DNA from: Salpingoeca rosetta | Taxonomy: Eukaryota; Protista; Choanoflagellata | Reading direction: 5' to 3' | NCBI GenBank assembly: GCA_033442325.1 | Contig: JAWQFM010000017.1 | Span: forward strand, 316,451 to 380,450 | DNA: 64,000 nt | Shown: one piece after another, positions 1 to 11,800 of the stretch | How positions within the stretch are numbered: position 1 is the stretch's first letter | Layout of the letters: every line of letters starts with the position of its first letter | Position numbers and translations under genes: made by a program | Notes under the pieces: model-generated | The model's input: the letters and a program-made list of their open reading frames with translations, nothing else | Told to the model about the DNA's origin: nothing | Database searches by the model: none

Positions 1-558
1 AAGAAGCTGGCGGACGACGACACGCTTGGCGCAGCTGGCGTCAAAAGCGGCGACAAGCTGTTTGTGGCCGTTGCCCCGCAGGCACAGGGGTCCCAGGGGT
101 CCCCAGCAGGCAGCGACGAGACGAAGCCCGCCCAGCCAGCGGCGACGGGCTCTTCTTCCTCCTCGTCCACGTCAGCAGCGCCCGCAGCCAGCGACTTTGA
201 GGTGATGATTCTGGTTGTGGGCAAGGGCAAGGAGCCACTGCAGCTGCCAAACGGAGAGAACACCACCGTGGAGGCCCTGCAGAAGCTGATTGCGGGCCGA
301 TACCCCGACGTCCCCGTGGAGACGCAGGCGCTCGCGGCCAACGGCAAGCGCCTCCAGCCGGGCTCGACCCTCAAGACATACAACATCAAGAACAAGCAGA
401 CCATCTATGTTGGGAGACAGGGCGGCGCCGCGCAGCAACAGCAGCAGCCGAAGCCAAGCGACGACGCTCGCTCAGCCGACGAGATTGTGCAGGACATCCT
501 GAAGCACCTCGCAACCCTCAAGCAGTGCGTGTGTGTGTGTGTGTGTGTGTGTCGCGTT

Positions 559-599
<41 letters not shown>

Positions 600-601
600 C
601 T

Positions 602-651
<50 letters not shown>

Positions 652-3264
652 CTTTCGTGTGTGTGTGTGTGTGTGCGTGTGTGTGTGTGTGTGTGTGTCG
701 TAACCACACTGGTTTGTTTCGCTCTGTTGTGATTTAGACCATCATACCACCATGTCCTTGGATGTGGATGCGTTCTCAACAAATACGCCGACTCACACAC
801 ACACACACACACACACACACATGCGCATGCACTTCGCGTCGTCCGCATATCACAGGCAGCTCACGCGTGAGCAGTTTGTCAAGGCCATCCAGAAGTTTGC
901 CAAGCTGCTGGGAAACCTTGTGGACCATCCAGATGACCCCAAGTACCGCCGTGTGCGCAAGGAGAACGCGGCCCTCCAGCGCGACCTCTTTGGGCACCCG
1001 GGCGGCGTCGAGGCTGTCCTGTAAGCCAGCTCGCTCACACACATGCACATGTGGCAGTGCAATGGAGTGAACGCATCATGTGTGCGTATGTGTGTCGGCG
1101 TGTGTGTGTGCGTGTGTATTCTCGTGGTTTATCCGTGCATCATTATGGCTCTGCTGTCCATCTTTTGAGTTTGGGCTCATCACTTTGCTGCTACTGACCC
1201 TTCCCCCGTTGTACCCTCCCCTCTCCCTGATCCCCATTCCCTTCCCCTTCTGTGCCATCAGTGCGATTGGGTTCCGTGAGAGCGAGGAGGAGCCTGGCTC
1301 GCTGTATATCCGGCAGCCGAGTCCGCACCTTGGTCGCGTCCGCCAAATGATCCAGGCGGCCATGCGACGACAGAACATCCCATTCCCTTGTACGTTTGAT
1401 TCGCTGCAGCGGGGCTGGGGTGCATGGGAGGCGAGGGGATGTGTGCTGAGTATGTGTGTGTGTGTGTCTGTGTCTGTGTGTGTGTCTGTGTCTGTGTCTG
1501 TGTCTGTGTCTGTGTGTGTCTGTCTGTCTGTCTGTCCTGTCCTGTCCTGTCCTGTCCTGTCCTTCTCTTTCTGTCTTTCCTGTGTCTTCTTGCCGACCCT
1601 GCGTCCTTCCGTGACTCATAACCATTTCCCCAACCCCTGACTCTACCCCATCACCACCACGACCACCACCACGTTGCGCACATCAGCTGCCAGCCAGCCC
1701 CAGCCGCCGCAGGGCATGGGTATGGGCATGGGCATGCCCGGATTCCCCTTTGGCGCATTCCCCTTTGGTGGGCCGAGCGCAGGCCGTGGCGACGGTGATG
1801 ATGGTGATGATGACGAGCAGCAGCAGCAGTCGTCGTCGTCATCATCGCCATTCGCACCGCCCCCAATGGGCTCCTCCTTTGGCATGATGCAAGATCCCAT
1901 GATGCAGCAGCTCATGTCAAACCCAGAGGTGCGTTGTTGTTGTTGTTGTTGTTGTTGTGTCGTGTTTTGTGTGTGTGTGTGTGTGTGTGTGCGTGTGTGT
2001 GTGTTTGTGTCATCCTGCCCTGTCTCCAATTTGGTCGCACACACATGTTCATCCCCTTCTCACGTCACCATCACCACTCCATCGCTTCATCCCTTTCCCT
2101 CCTCCCATATCAGCTGATGCGAGCTGTTCTCCCGCAGGCCCAGCAGCTCATGTCAAACCCACAGGTGACACCCACGCACCGCCACTTGCTCGGCAGCAGG
2201 CACATCATCATGCCACCCACCTCTCGCTCTGCGCACACTCAGACACACACACACACACTCACACTCACAATCACAATCACACAATCTCACTCACACACTC
2301 CGTCCCTCCATCCCCCTTCAACCATGTTCACCACCGCCACCATTGCATGCGCACCAGATGATGCAGCAGATGCTGCAGCAGGCGGCGAGCGACCCCCGAT
2401 TCGCCAACAACCCCATGCTCTCCTCCCTCCTCCAGGACCCGCAGGTCCGCTGTCATGCGTGCAAGGAGAGGGAATGGCTGTCTGCCCGTCTGTGTGTCTA
2501 ATTGCGTGTGTTTGTTGTTTTCACCACTGCTCACAACCATCACCACCCTCGTCGTCGTCGTCGTCACCACAGGCGATGCAGCAGATGTCTGCCATGGCGA
2601 GCCAGTTTGCAGCGAACCCGCAGGTCAGACAACCACACACACACAAGCACACACACCCACACATACAGAGTTACACACACACACACACATACGCGCGCAC
2701 ACACACAATCGATTGTCAGCCCACCTCTTCACGCCCTCTGCTCACCCCTGCCACTGGTGTCCAGATGATGGAGTCGATGATGGGATCGCTCGGTGGAATG
2801 GGCGGAATGGGCGGAATGGGCGGAATGGGCGGAATGGGCGGAATGGGTGGAACACAACAACAGCAACAACAACAACAGCAGCAAGAGCAGCAGCAGCAGC
2901 CCGGAGGACAGCAACCAGGAGGACAGCAGCAGCAGCAGCCGTCGCCGTGGGGAGGATTGTAAGTTGATGGCGGAGGGAAATGGAGGCAGGTGAAGTCGTG
3001 TGGAGAGCTGGTGGTACCTTGTGCCTGTTGCACGATGTTGTGAACACATGCATATGCTCACTCAAACACACACACACACACACCCTCCCAATCAGTGGCG
3101 GGTCGTCGCTGCAGGCGCAGGAGGACGCGATGATGGCGGAGGCGATTCGCCGCTCCCTGCAGGACCAGAGCAACCCACCACCCGGCAACAACAACAGCAA
3201 CAACAACAGCAACGGCAATGGTGGTGGCAGCGGCGGTCGGGATGATGTGCCGGATGTGGACTGA
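1..3264 (+). CDS. 5'-truncated multi-exon gene: tandem ubiquitin-like domains + PUB domain + STI1-like Met/Gln/Pro repeats + C-terminal UIM
   Basis: Exons about <1-524, 856-1020, 1262-1389, 1687-1928, 2114-2164, 2358-2444, 2573-2623, 2765-2958 and 3096-3264, with GT-AG introns in consistent phase. UBL ends are KKLADDDTLGAAGVKSGDKLFV and NGKRLQPGSTLKTYNIKNKQTIYV. PUB: KLLGNLVDHPDDPKYRRVRKENAALQRDLF..GGVEAVL.AIGF. STI1-like: MMQDPMMQQLMSNPE and NNPMLSSLLQDPQ. UIM: QEDAMMAEAIRRSLQD. Confidence 0.8.
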
Positions 3265-3357
3265 TGCGCTTTGCGTCAAGTGTGCACAGTTGAGTTTGGT
3301 ACCGTTTGTGTGTGTGTGTGTGTGTGCGTGTGTGTGTGTGTGTGAGTGTGTGTGTGT

Positions 3358-3395
<38 letters not shown>

Positions 3396-3426
3396 ATGTG
3401 TGTGTGTGGAAGTATGTGTGTGTGTG

Positions 3427-3493
<67 letters not shown>

Positions 3494-3733
3494 GTTCCGT
3501 CACTCGAGCAATTCACATCAAGCAAACATATACAGTCTCAGCATGGCTGATCGATCAGTTGAAACTCGTTGATGGGATGGGTTCAGTTTAGGGGCGGGGG
3601 ATAACGCGTGCAATAGAAGATGGGTCAGTGGAAGACGAGGAGGGGGTTGCGTGAGCAGAGAAGCTGCCACGAGTGATGACAGGGGCAAGGATGTGGTCAG
3701 GGTTGAAGGGAGCTTCTTCACCCCACACATTCC

Positions 3734-4849
3734 TCATGGCGTGTGGCTGAGCAGCTGCATGCGAACGCTGTCATTGTGCTGGTACAGAATCGCACATGGG
3801 AACAGTTCATCGGTTGGTTGGAAGACGTTCTGGTACGCCACGCCAGCGTTGGTGCCATTGACGATGAACGAAATGGTGCGAGCGTTGCGATCCACCACCA
3901 TGTCGACGACAGCGCCGTTTGAGAGCCTTCCAGTGGATGCATCATAAGTCTTGCCCCTGAAGCTGGTGGGCGGACCCGAATAGAGGGTGCTGTTTGTATG
4001 GACGAACCACCCGCTCTGATTGAACATGCTGGTGCCATCCCGGTTGAAGGATGATGGCGCCAGGCCAAGCAAAATGGCGCCACCTGTCTGCATGATAGTG
4101 AATCGGACGGTCGTGATGCCGGTCGCAGGGATCGCTTCACCAAGGGCGTTGGTGTCCCACTGATAATTATCAACAGTCTTTGTCACCGTGTCCTGCCGGG
4201 TGTTGAGGGTATACTTTTCGCCTGGTGTAAACTTGCACGTCGTTGGCTTCGGAGGCGTGAGGGCCTCCAGCAGCTCTGGCAGCTGGTAGAACTCTGCGTC
4301 TTCTCGGAGCGCCTCCAACTCTGCTTTGCTCAGGCGGTCGAGCTTGGGTGGCTGCCCCCGCATGAAGTTGAGGACGTGCCGAAACACGAAAGGGTCGCGG
4401 TCGACGAAGAAGGAGCCGTCATCCTCGGGCTGCAGCTCGTGGCGGCCACTGAACATGCCTGCGAAGAAGCTTTTGGCAAACTTGGTTAGCGTCTGCTTGG
4501 ACGTGGCAAACACAGTTCCGCCAATGTCCAGCTTCACCCTGGACTGCGGCACGACGCTGGCGTCCAGCTTCGTGGCCAGCACCTCCCACGTCGCCTTCTC
4601 CTCCGCCAGCGCATTTCGGTCGCGCCGCAGCATGTCCACTTCTTCCTCAAACACGGCCGTCAGCTCCTGGTACTTTGCCTGCAGCCGCCGAATACCGCGC
4701 TCAAAGTCGTACGGCTCCACCTCCTTGGCCTTGCCCTTGGCCTTGTCCTCGTCCGCGCTGCCTTGCTTCCTATCCTTGGCATTCTTCTCCTCGGGCTGCT
4801 GCTCGCCGCCCTGCTTGTCGACGTCCTGCTTTGGCTTTGGGTCGGACAT
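3734..4849 (-). CDS. Intronless coiled-coil + KCTD/T1-type BTB/POZ + SPRY/B30.2-like beta-sandwich protein
   Basis: Single ORF, likely start MSDPKPK at 4849 (the ORF extends to 4903). BTB motif VKLDIGGTVFATSKQTLT...FFAGMFSG...GSFFVDRDPFVFRHVLNFMR...EDAEFYQLPEL. The C-terminus resembles SPRY (VVDMVVDRNARTISFIVNGTNAGVAY...LFPCAIL). Confidence 0.85.
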   Translation of the reverse strand: MSDPKPKQDVDKQGGEQQPEEKNAKDRKQGSADEDKAKGKAKEVEPYDFERGIRRLQAKYQELTAVFEEEVDMLRRDRNALAEEKATWEVLATKLDASVVPQSRVKLDIGGTVFATSKQTLTKFAKSFFAGMFSGRHELQPEDDGSFFVDRDPFVFRHVLNFMRGQPPKLDRLSKAELEALREDAEFYQLPELLEALTPPKPTTCKFTPGEKYTLNTRQDTVTKTVDNYQWDTNALGEAIPATGITTVRFTIMQTGGAILLGLAPSSFNRDGTSMFNQSGWFVHTNSTLYSGPPTSFRGKTYDASTGRLSNGAVVDMVVDRNARTISFIVNGTNAGVAYQNVFQPTDELFPCAILYQHNDSVRMQLLSHTP

Positions 4850-5015
4850 CTTGTTTGTTTGTTTTGTGGACTTTTGACAACAACACCAACGAAATTTCGG
4901 CATTCACCACACTTGGTTGCTGGCCTTCTTGTCCGCTTGTCACAGGTTCAATTTCAACCAGTTCTACACATGGCACACCACAAAGCGCTTGGGTCCAGTT
5001 ATGTTAACATACGTT

Positions 5016-5087
5016 CTACACCACAGACTCGCTAGCTGAGTTGCTGTGCACAGAGCTCCCCACCTCCTGCTCCAGCCGTAAGCCCCG

Positions 5088-5125
<38 letters not shown>

Positions 5126-5428
5126 GCTCTTCTGTGTGCCCATGTGCTTCATCCCTGCCGCCGCCCCGCTCGCCTCCACCACCTCCATCACCATCGTCAT
5201 CGTCATCGTCGTCGTCGTCGTCAGCGCCATCCGAGAGTGGGGGCATGAGGTGGGCCAGCGATTCAAGCACCGAGCGCATCGTCTGGGCCTGCTCCCGCGC
5301 ACTCCGCGCTTCACCAAAATCTTCGTCACTGTCCTCAAAACCACTGCTGCTGGTGGGGGTGGTATCAATCACGTCATCGTCATCGTCGTCGCTGCTGCTG
5401 CTGCTGTCATCACGACGCCTGCCGCTGT

Positions 5429-5461
<33 letters not shown>

Positions 5462-5975
5462 TGTTGTCGTTGTTGTTGTTTGCGCTGAATGTGCTCGCGT
5501 GCAGCTGGTCGACAATCGTGCGGATGTCAAACCTCGCCTGCTCGCGGGGCGATTGCCGGCGCGTGAACAGCCGCTGGCACCGCCCGACAATGGCCGCAAA
5601 GAACGGGGCGCACGCCACCACCGTGATGAGGATGAACACGCCTGTCAGCGTCCAGAAGGCGAGCCCGTATGTGACGCTGTCGCACTGTCGCCGGCACTCC
5701 CGCGAGCACCCAAACACCTGGGCGAACACGTGTGTGTTTGTGTTGGGATAAAGGGCGAGGGGAGGGGTTGGAAGGAAAGGAAGTGGGTGTGAGAATGGGA
5801 ATGAAAACAGAGAGGTGGAGAAGAGTACTGGGGCCAACAGGCACACAAACCACCAAGCGAACCATCAATCGCAATACGTGAACCAATCACAGTGCGTGGG
5901 CGCGGACTCACCCATGCAGCGCCGCAGATGAGCCAAATGCCCCTAAAGTGTGGCAAATGTGTGTGTGTGTATGTG

Positions 5976-6042
<67 letters not shown>

Positions 6043-6234
6043 AAGACAATGGGAGGGGAAACTGCAACACCAGTTGTAAGGGAAGCCAGTGCAAACTGTG
6101 AAGTACTCACAGGAAGGTCTGCAGCAGCGATTGAAACTCAATGAACCATCCAAAGCGAAGGTTGATCATCTCCTCGTCCTCTGCGCCCAGGAACCGCGAG
6201 GCGTGTGTGAGCGAGAGAGGAACGGTGGCAGATT

Positions 6235-6329
<95 letters not shown>

Positions 6330-7083
6330 CGTGATTCAGACCAGACGACACGAAGGAATGCAGAGAGCAACGCCATCAGCCCAATGATCGTCTCACCGCC
6401 AAGCTGTCGCCGCCGCTGCTTGAGTCGACTCAGCGTGGCCGCCACCACAGACAGCCACAGCAAACACACCCCAAACACCTGGCACGCGCACCAAACAAGC
6501 ACACACACACACACGCACCCGCACATCGTGTGATATGGCAGATGTGAGGGCGCGCGCAACACCATTCCAACCAAACGAGCCAGCCAACGAGGCAGCACGC
6601 GTGTGCATGAGATGCGAACAGGAAAGCGTGATGTGTAAACTATTGCTTGCAACTCACAATCATCCACGCGCTGATGCGAGGATCACCGTCACACTTCTCC
6701 TCCGCTCCTGTGTTGCGCGGCAGACACATGGCGATCGAGCACGCGTGAGCAATGTTGCCACAATGACACACACACACGCACGCATTCAAAGCAAGTTGCC
6801 AACTCACGACAGAACATGCACGCACATGCACACAAGTCACACGCCTGCACACACGAGAAACAGGTCGATGCGCTCGTACCCATGACGATGAGGACAATGG
6901 GCAGCCCATAGAACACGCCGAGGTACGCAGAGAACAGCACTGGCACCGGTGTAAAGAGGTGTCATACAAGAGGGTTAGGGTTGTGAGGGAGTGGGTGTGT
7001 GTGTGTGTGTGTAATTGAGTGAGTGAGAGAGAGAGAGTGTGTGTGTGTGTGATTGAGTGAGTATGGGTAAGAGAGAGAGAGAG

Positions 7084-7170
<87 letters not shown>

Positions 7171-7949
7171 TCGTGTGCAAACTCACGAAAGCCGAGGGAG
7201 CGGGTGAGCCACGATGCATGTCGACGGGTTACTCTCCTGCAACACGGAATGATTCGTCGCCGCAAACACGTGATGTGATGTGAGCGGGAAATGCATGCAG
7301 GCCCTCGCACAGCAGACGGAGAGAGGGAGAGGGAGAGGGAGAGGGAGAGAGCACAGCGCGCGCAGAAAGATAGCCACACACGCGCACACACACGCACACA
7401 CACGCACACAGATAGACACACTTACACCACACGCATGCACACGCATGCACACGCATGCACACGCACACGCACGCACACGCACGCACACGCACGCACACGC
7501 ACGCACACGCACGCACACGCACGCACACGCAATACGACGCACTCTGTGCTTGTTGCCATGATGGCTTCGTAGGATGGGAGTTCATCGTCAGTGTCGTCAT
7601 CATCACCCAGCGTGACGGTGGCTGTGCCGCGTTGTGCCGCATCCGTAGCGTCTGTGGATGAAGCAGGTTGCTCGCCATCAGCACCGCTCTCCGCTTTCTT
7701 GTCTGTCACGCATGCAATGCGCAATGCAACAGAACGCGACACCAAGGTGGGTGAGCGTTGACTGCAACAGAGATGCTGCAACGAACAGCGCCCACATCAC
7801 AGCCACACTCATCGCACTCGCGCACCTCCTGTTTTGACGTCGATGATGGTTCCATCCCATACGCCTTGCGCCGACAGGCTCTTTGACGGTTTCAACTGTT
7901 GCAAACGTGGACACTTGGCAAGTGAGCTGCATGTGCGTCTCATATACAA

Positions 7950-7983
<34 letters not shown>

Positions 7984-8259
7984 AGAAAGAGAGCGCGAGA
8001 GGCATACGCACACACACACACGTACGCACGCACACACGCACGCAAACACACACAGCGCACCTGCGTGCCGCGAATGAAGAAGCGCATGTGTTTTGAGGTT
8101 GGGGTGTAGCCCGTGATGGAAGCGATGCGCTGATGCAGATCATACAAGGTGTCTGCTGGCGATACGCCAATCACCACGCGCTCCCGCCCATCAAACACAC
8201 AGACCACAGAGTACTCTGCCACATGGAACAGCTCGTGCTCTGCAAACCACACACGCACA

Positions 8260-8352
<93 letters not shown>

Positions 8353-8625
8353 GCGATCACTGTGTGAGACACAACCAACGACACTTGCTTGGATGCTTGC
8401 AGGGTGTCGTTGCGTGCAAGGTGGCGTGGCGTCTATGTTCTCTTCTTGCACGCACTCATCCTGTGTTCGTTCACACATCCCGTTCCCCCTTCCCCCTTCC
8501 TTTTCATCTCTTTCTCTCCCTATCCATCTATTGAGACGCACCGACTGTGTCGTAGCTTGGAAGCTCATCGCGGGTGCCAGCACCCGCATCCCCCGCCGTG
8601 TCACCACCACCGCTGCCACCGCCAT
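5016..8625 (-). CDS. Multi-exon membrane protein: N-terminal ubiquitin-like domain, LPSY motif, TMEM272-like multi-TM region, acidic low-complexity tail
   Basis: Exon peptides [22 protein letters not shown]...MRFFIRGTQ and [20 protein letters not shown] (UBL); [11 protein letters not shown]; hydrophobic segments [52 protein letters not shown]|[28 protein letters not shown]. The start exon and some junctions are uncertain. Confidence 0.6.
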
Positions 8626-8876
8626 TCATCACGTACACACACGCACACCGCAAAGCAACAGAAGCAGAAGCAAACGCAAACAAAGCCAACAACGGCACGA
8701 AATGACTGCAGCAGCAGAAGAAGGACAGCAGAGGCGCCGCGCAAATTTCAAACGAAGGTGTGATTTGAGCGCACAAGCGCCCATGATGAGATCCACACCA
8801 CACACTTCACAAGTTCACACTTCACATCACACACCACAAGCACAGACTTCAGCGCTTCAGCACTTCAGCTCACTCA

Positions 8877-11800
8877 TTACGCAAACGAGCACTCGTCTCC
8901 CTCGCCTGCACCCTCCCCCCTTTCCTCCTCCGTGCCCTGCTCTCCCCTCTGTCTCAATTGCTGCGCTCGCGGCGTGAAAGTAAAGACACCGCTGCTGTTG
9001 TTGCTCGCGCTGCCGCCACTTTGAAGCGTGAACACCCGCCGTGGCGACAACAGATGCCGCTGCTGCTGCTGGTGATGGTGGTGGTGGTGGTGGTGGTGGT
9101 GACGATGATGATGCTCATTGTGGTGGCTGTCGTAGTTGGCGAGGGTGGCGAGGTTGGTAGCTGCTGAGGACGCGAACGACGATGGTGAGGGATACGGATA
9201 AGACGCCGTACCGTGCGCTGTCGTCGTCGTCGTCGTTGAAAGCGAGCACATGTGGTGTGCTGTTGACGGGGCGGACGATACCACCAACCTTGCATCAGAT
9301 GACTCAACATCAACGGCAGGCCGCGTCAGATCAAGGAACAGGTCATCCTCATCATCGCCTACACCATCTTGCACAAACGCAAAATCAAGCACTTGCGGGG
9401 TCTCGCGCCGCACCTCGCCACCGTCCAGCACCAGTTGCTGCGCATCAACACAGGGCGCTGTTGCTGTTGTTGGTATTGGTGTTGTTGGTGTTGCTGTTAC
9501 TCTTGCTGCTGTTATTGGTGTTGCTGTTGTTGGTGCTGCTGTTGTTGGTGTTGCTGTTGCTGCTGCTGTTGGCAGTGCGCCCTCATGCAACAATGAGCTC
9601 AAGGGAGCGACATCAAGGCTGTCACCCTCGTCCCCGCCATCATCATCAATACCGCCGCCGCCATCACACTTGTGATGGTTGTCATCCCGTGTATGCAGCG
9701 CAATGCCGCTGTCAGGGTTGGCTGCTTTGCCAGTGGCCTCGTCAGCCGAGGACACATGCAGCGAAGGAATCGTAAACGGCAGCAGGGGCAGCGTCTCAAA
9801 CGCACTCTCGCCAGCGTTGTGGTGATGCCGCTGAATGCTGGCGCTGAAACCGTTGTGGGCGTGGTGGCTGCTGCTGCAGCTGCCGTTGCTGTTTCCATTG
9901 TGATGGCTGCTGCTACCGTTGCTTTCAGCGTTGTGGTTGCTGGTGTGCTCGTGCGGTAAATGGGCGGAGTTACCACCATCCCCTGCTTTTGACATGGATG
10001 CCATTATTGTTGTGTTCACTCCGTTGCTCAGCACGCCACTTTCCCCAATGCCCAACGCAGCAATGCGCTGTCTCAGCTCTCCGCTGCCAAGCCCACGACC
10101 AGCCATCATGGCCAAGTCGCCAAAGCTGTGGCGGCTGGACCGCCGGCTGTCGCACGGCGTATTCGTGGTGCCGCCACTGCTGGCACCTCTGCTGCCGTCG
10201 CTGCTGCGGACACTGACGCTGCGGCTCACACTCGTCGACCGCCCGCCGCGCGACAGTGACCGTGACGATGGCGACGCTGCAACCACACCCTGCGACACAC
10301 ACAGCCGGCTTCCACTCAGCCCGCCGCTGCTACAGCTGCTGCTCAACGCATGCCGCGCCCTCCTACGCGATGAACGCGCACTACTGCTGCTGTTGCTGCC
10401 GCTGCCTTGTATGGTGGTGGCTGGCCACCCGACGCTTCCTCTCCCATGCACGGCCTCACCTCTGTCACAACTGCGTCCACTGCTGTTGCAGCCACTGCCG
10501 CTTATTGTTGTTGCTGCTGCTGCTGCTGTTGTTGTTGCTGCTGTTGCTGCTGTTCTTGTTGCTGCTGCTGTTGTTGCTGCTGCTGTTCTTGTACTGACCC
10601 CAACACCAACAACGCGAACGCCTCGCCCGACATCACCAGCGCCATCGCCGTCGTCGTCAGTGTCGCTGCCGCATGTGCTGGTGCAGTGCAGCGTGTGCGC
10701 GGCCGGCGTTGCGCAGCCAGCAAACGTGGCTCGCCGTCGCGCGGCAAACGGGGGGCGCCCGGGCCCGCTGTAGCTCGTAAACGCCGATCGCGCCCCTCCC
10801 AATCCCCGCCCCTCAGACGACTCGTCGGCGCTGGCGTCGTCGTTGCTGTTCACCCCGTCCAACACAACGGGGGCAGACCGGCGACGTTGTCCGCTAGACC
10901 ATGATGACACATGCAGCTGGTCCGCACGGAGGTGGCGGTGGCGGTGGCGGTGGTGGCGCTCACGGGCACGCGCAACAGATGACCGCACGCCAGACGACGA
11001 TGACGACACTGCTGTTGCTCCACACTCACGCACGTGCGCACGATGGTGGGAAGAAGGTGAATGTGCCTGTAGCTGCTCCTCGTGTGGCGTTCTCTCAGCT
11101 GCCAACAATGACACCGTGCCGTCACCGTCACCGCGCACGTAACTGCTGCTGCTGCTGCTGCGGATCACACGGCCACTGCCATGGGTCCTCAGCAACCCAA
11201 CACCACCAACACCACCAACACCAACAAGACCATCAACAACACCATTACGACGCGGCGAGTGCGGCGAGTGCGGCGATACCGGTGATTGTGGTTCCTGGAC
11301 ACCTGCGCTTCTCCTGTATACATCTGGGGATCCTTGACTGGTGTGCCGCAAAGTGTCCTGACTGGCCCGTTCGCCAGGTCTTGAACGCCGGCACCTCCTC
11401 CTCCCTTTCTTCCTTCTCTTTCTCCTCCTCCTCCTTCTTGACGTCCACGGCTGTGCAGCCCCTTCCTGGTTCACCTCTTCCTGCTTGTCTAGTGTAGTCT
11501 CCGTCTTAATCCTTCGTCGCACCCGTCCCTCTCCACGCCCCTCGCGCAGCAGGTGGTCCATGCTCCTGTACCTGCTGCTGAACTCACTCCTCCCGCCCCT
11601 CGTGCACGCACTGCGGCTGCGACGGGAGTGCAGGCTGTCTCCCTCGTCAGCAACTCTTGCCTGCGGTCCCATGCGAGGCGACGACGCTGCCGTGGCCATC
11701 GGCGTCACAGGGGCTGTGTTGGCGCGCGATGGCGCAGGTGAGTAGTCCGTGGACAGCAGCGCCATGTAAATGGGTAAGGCCTCAAACGCGTGCTCGTGCA

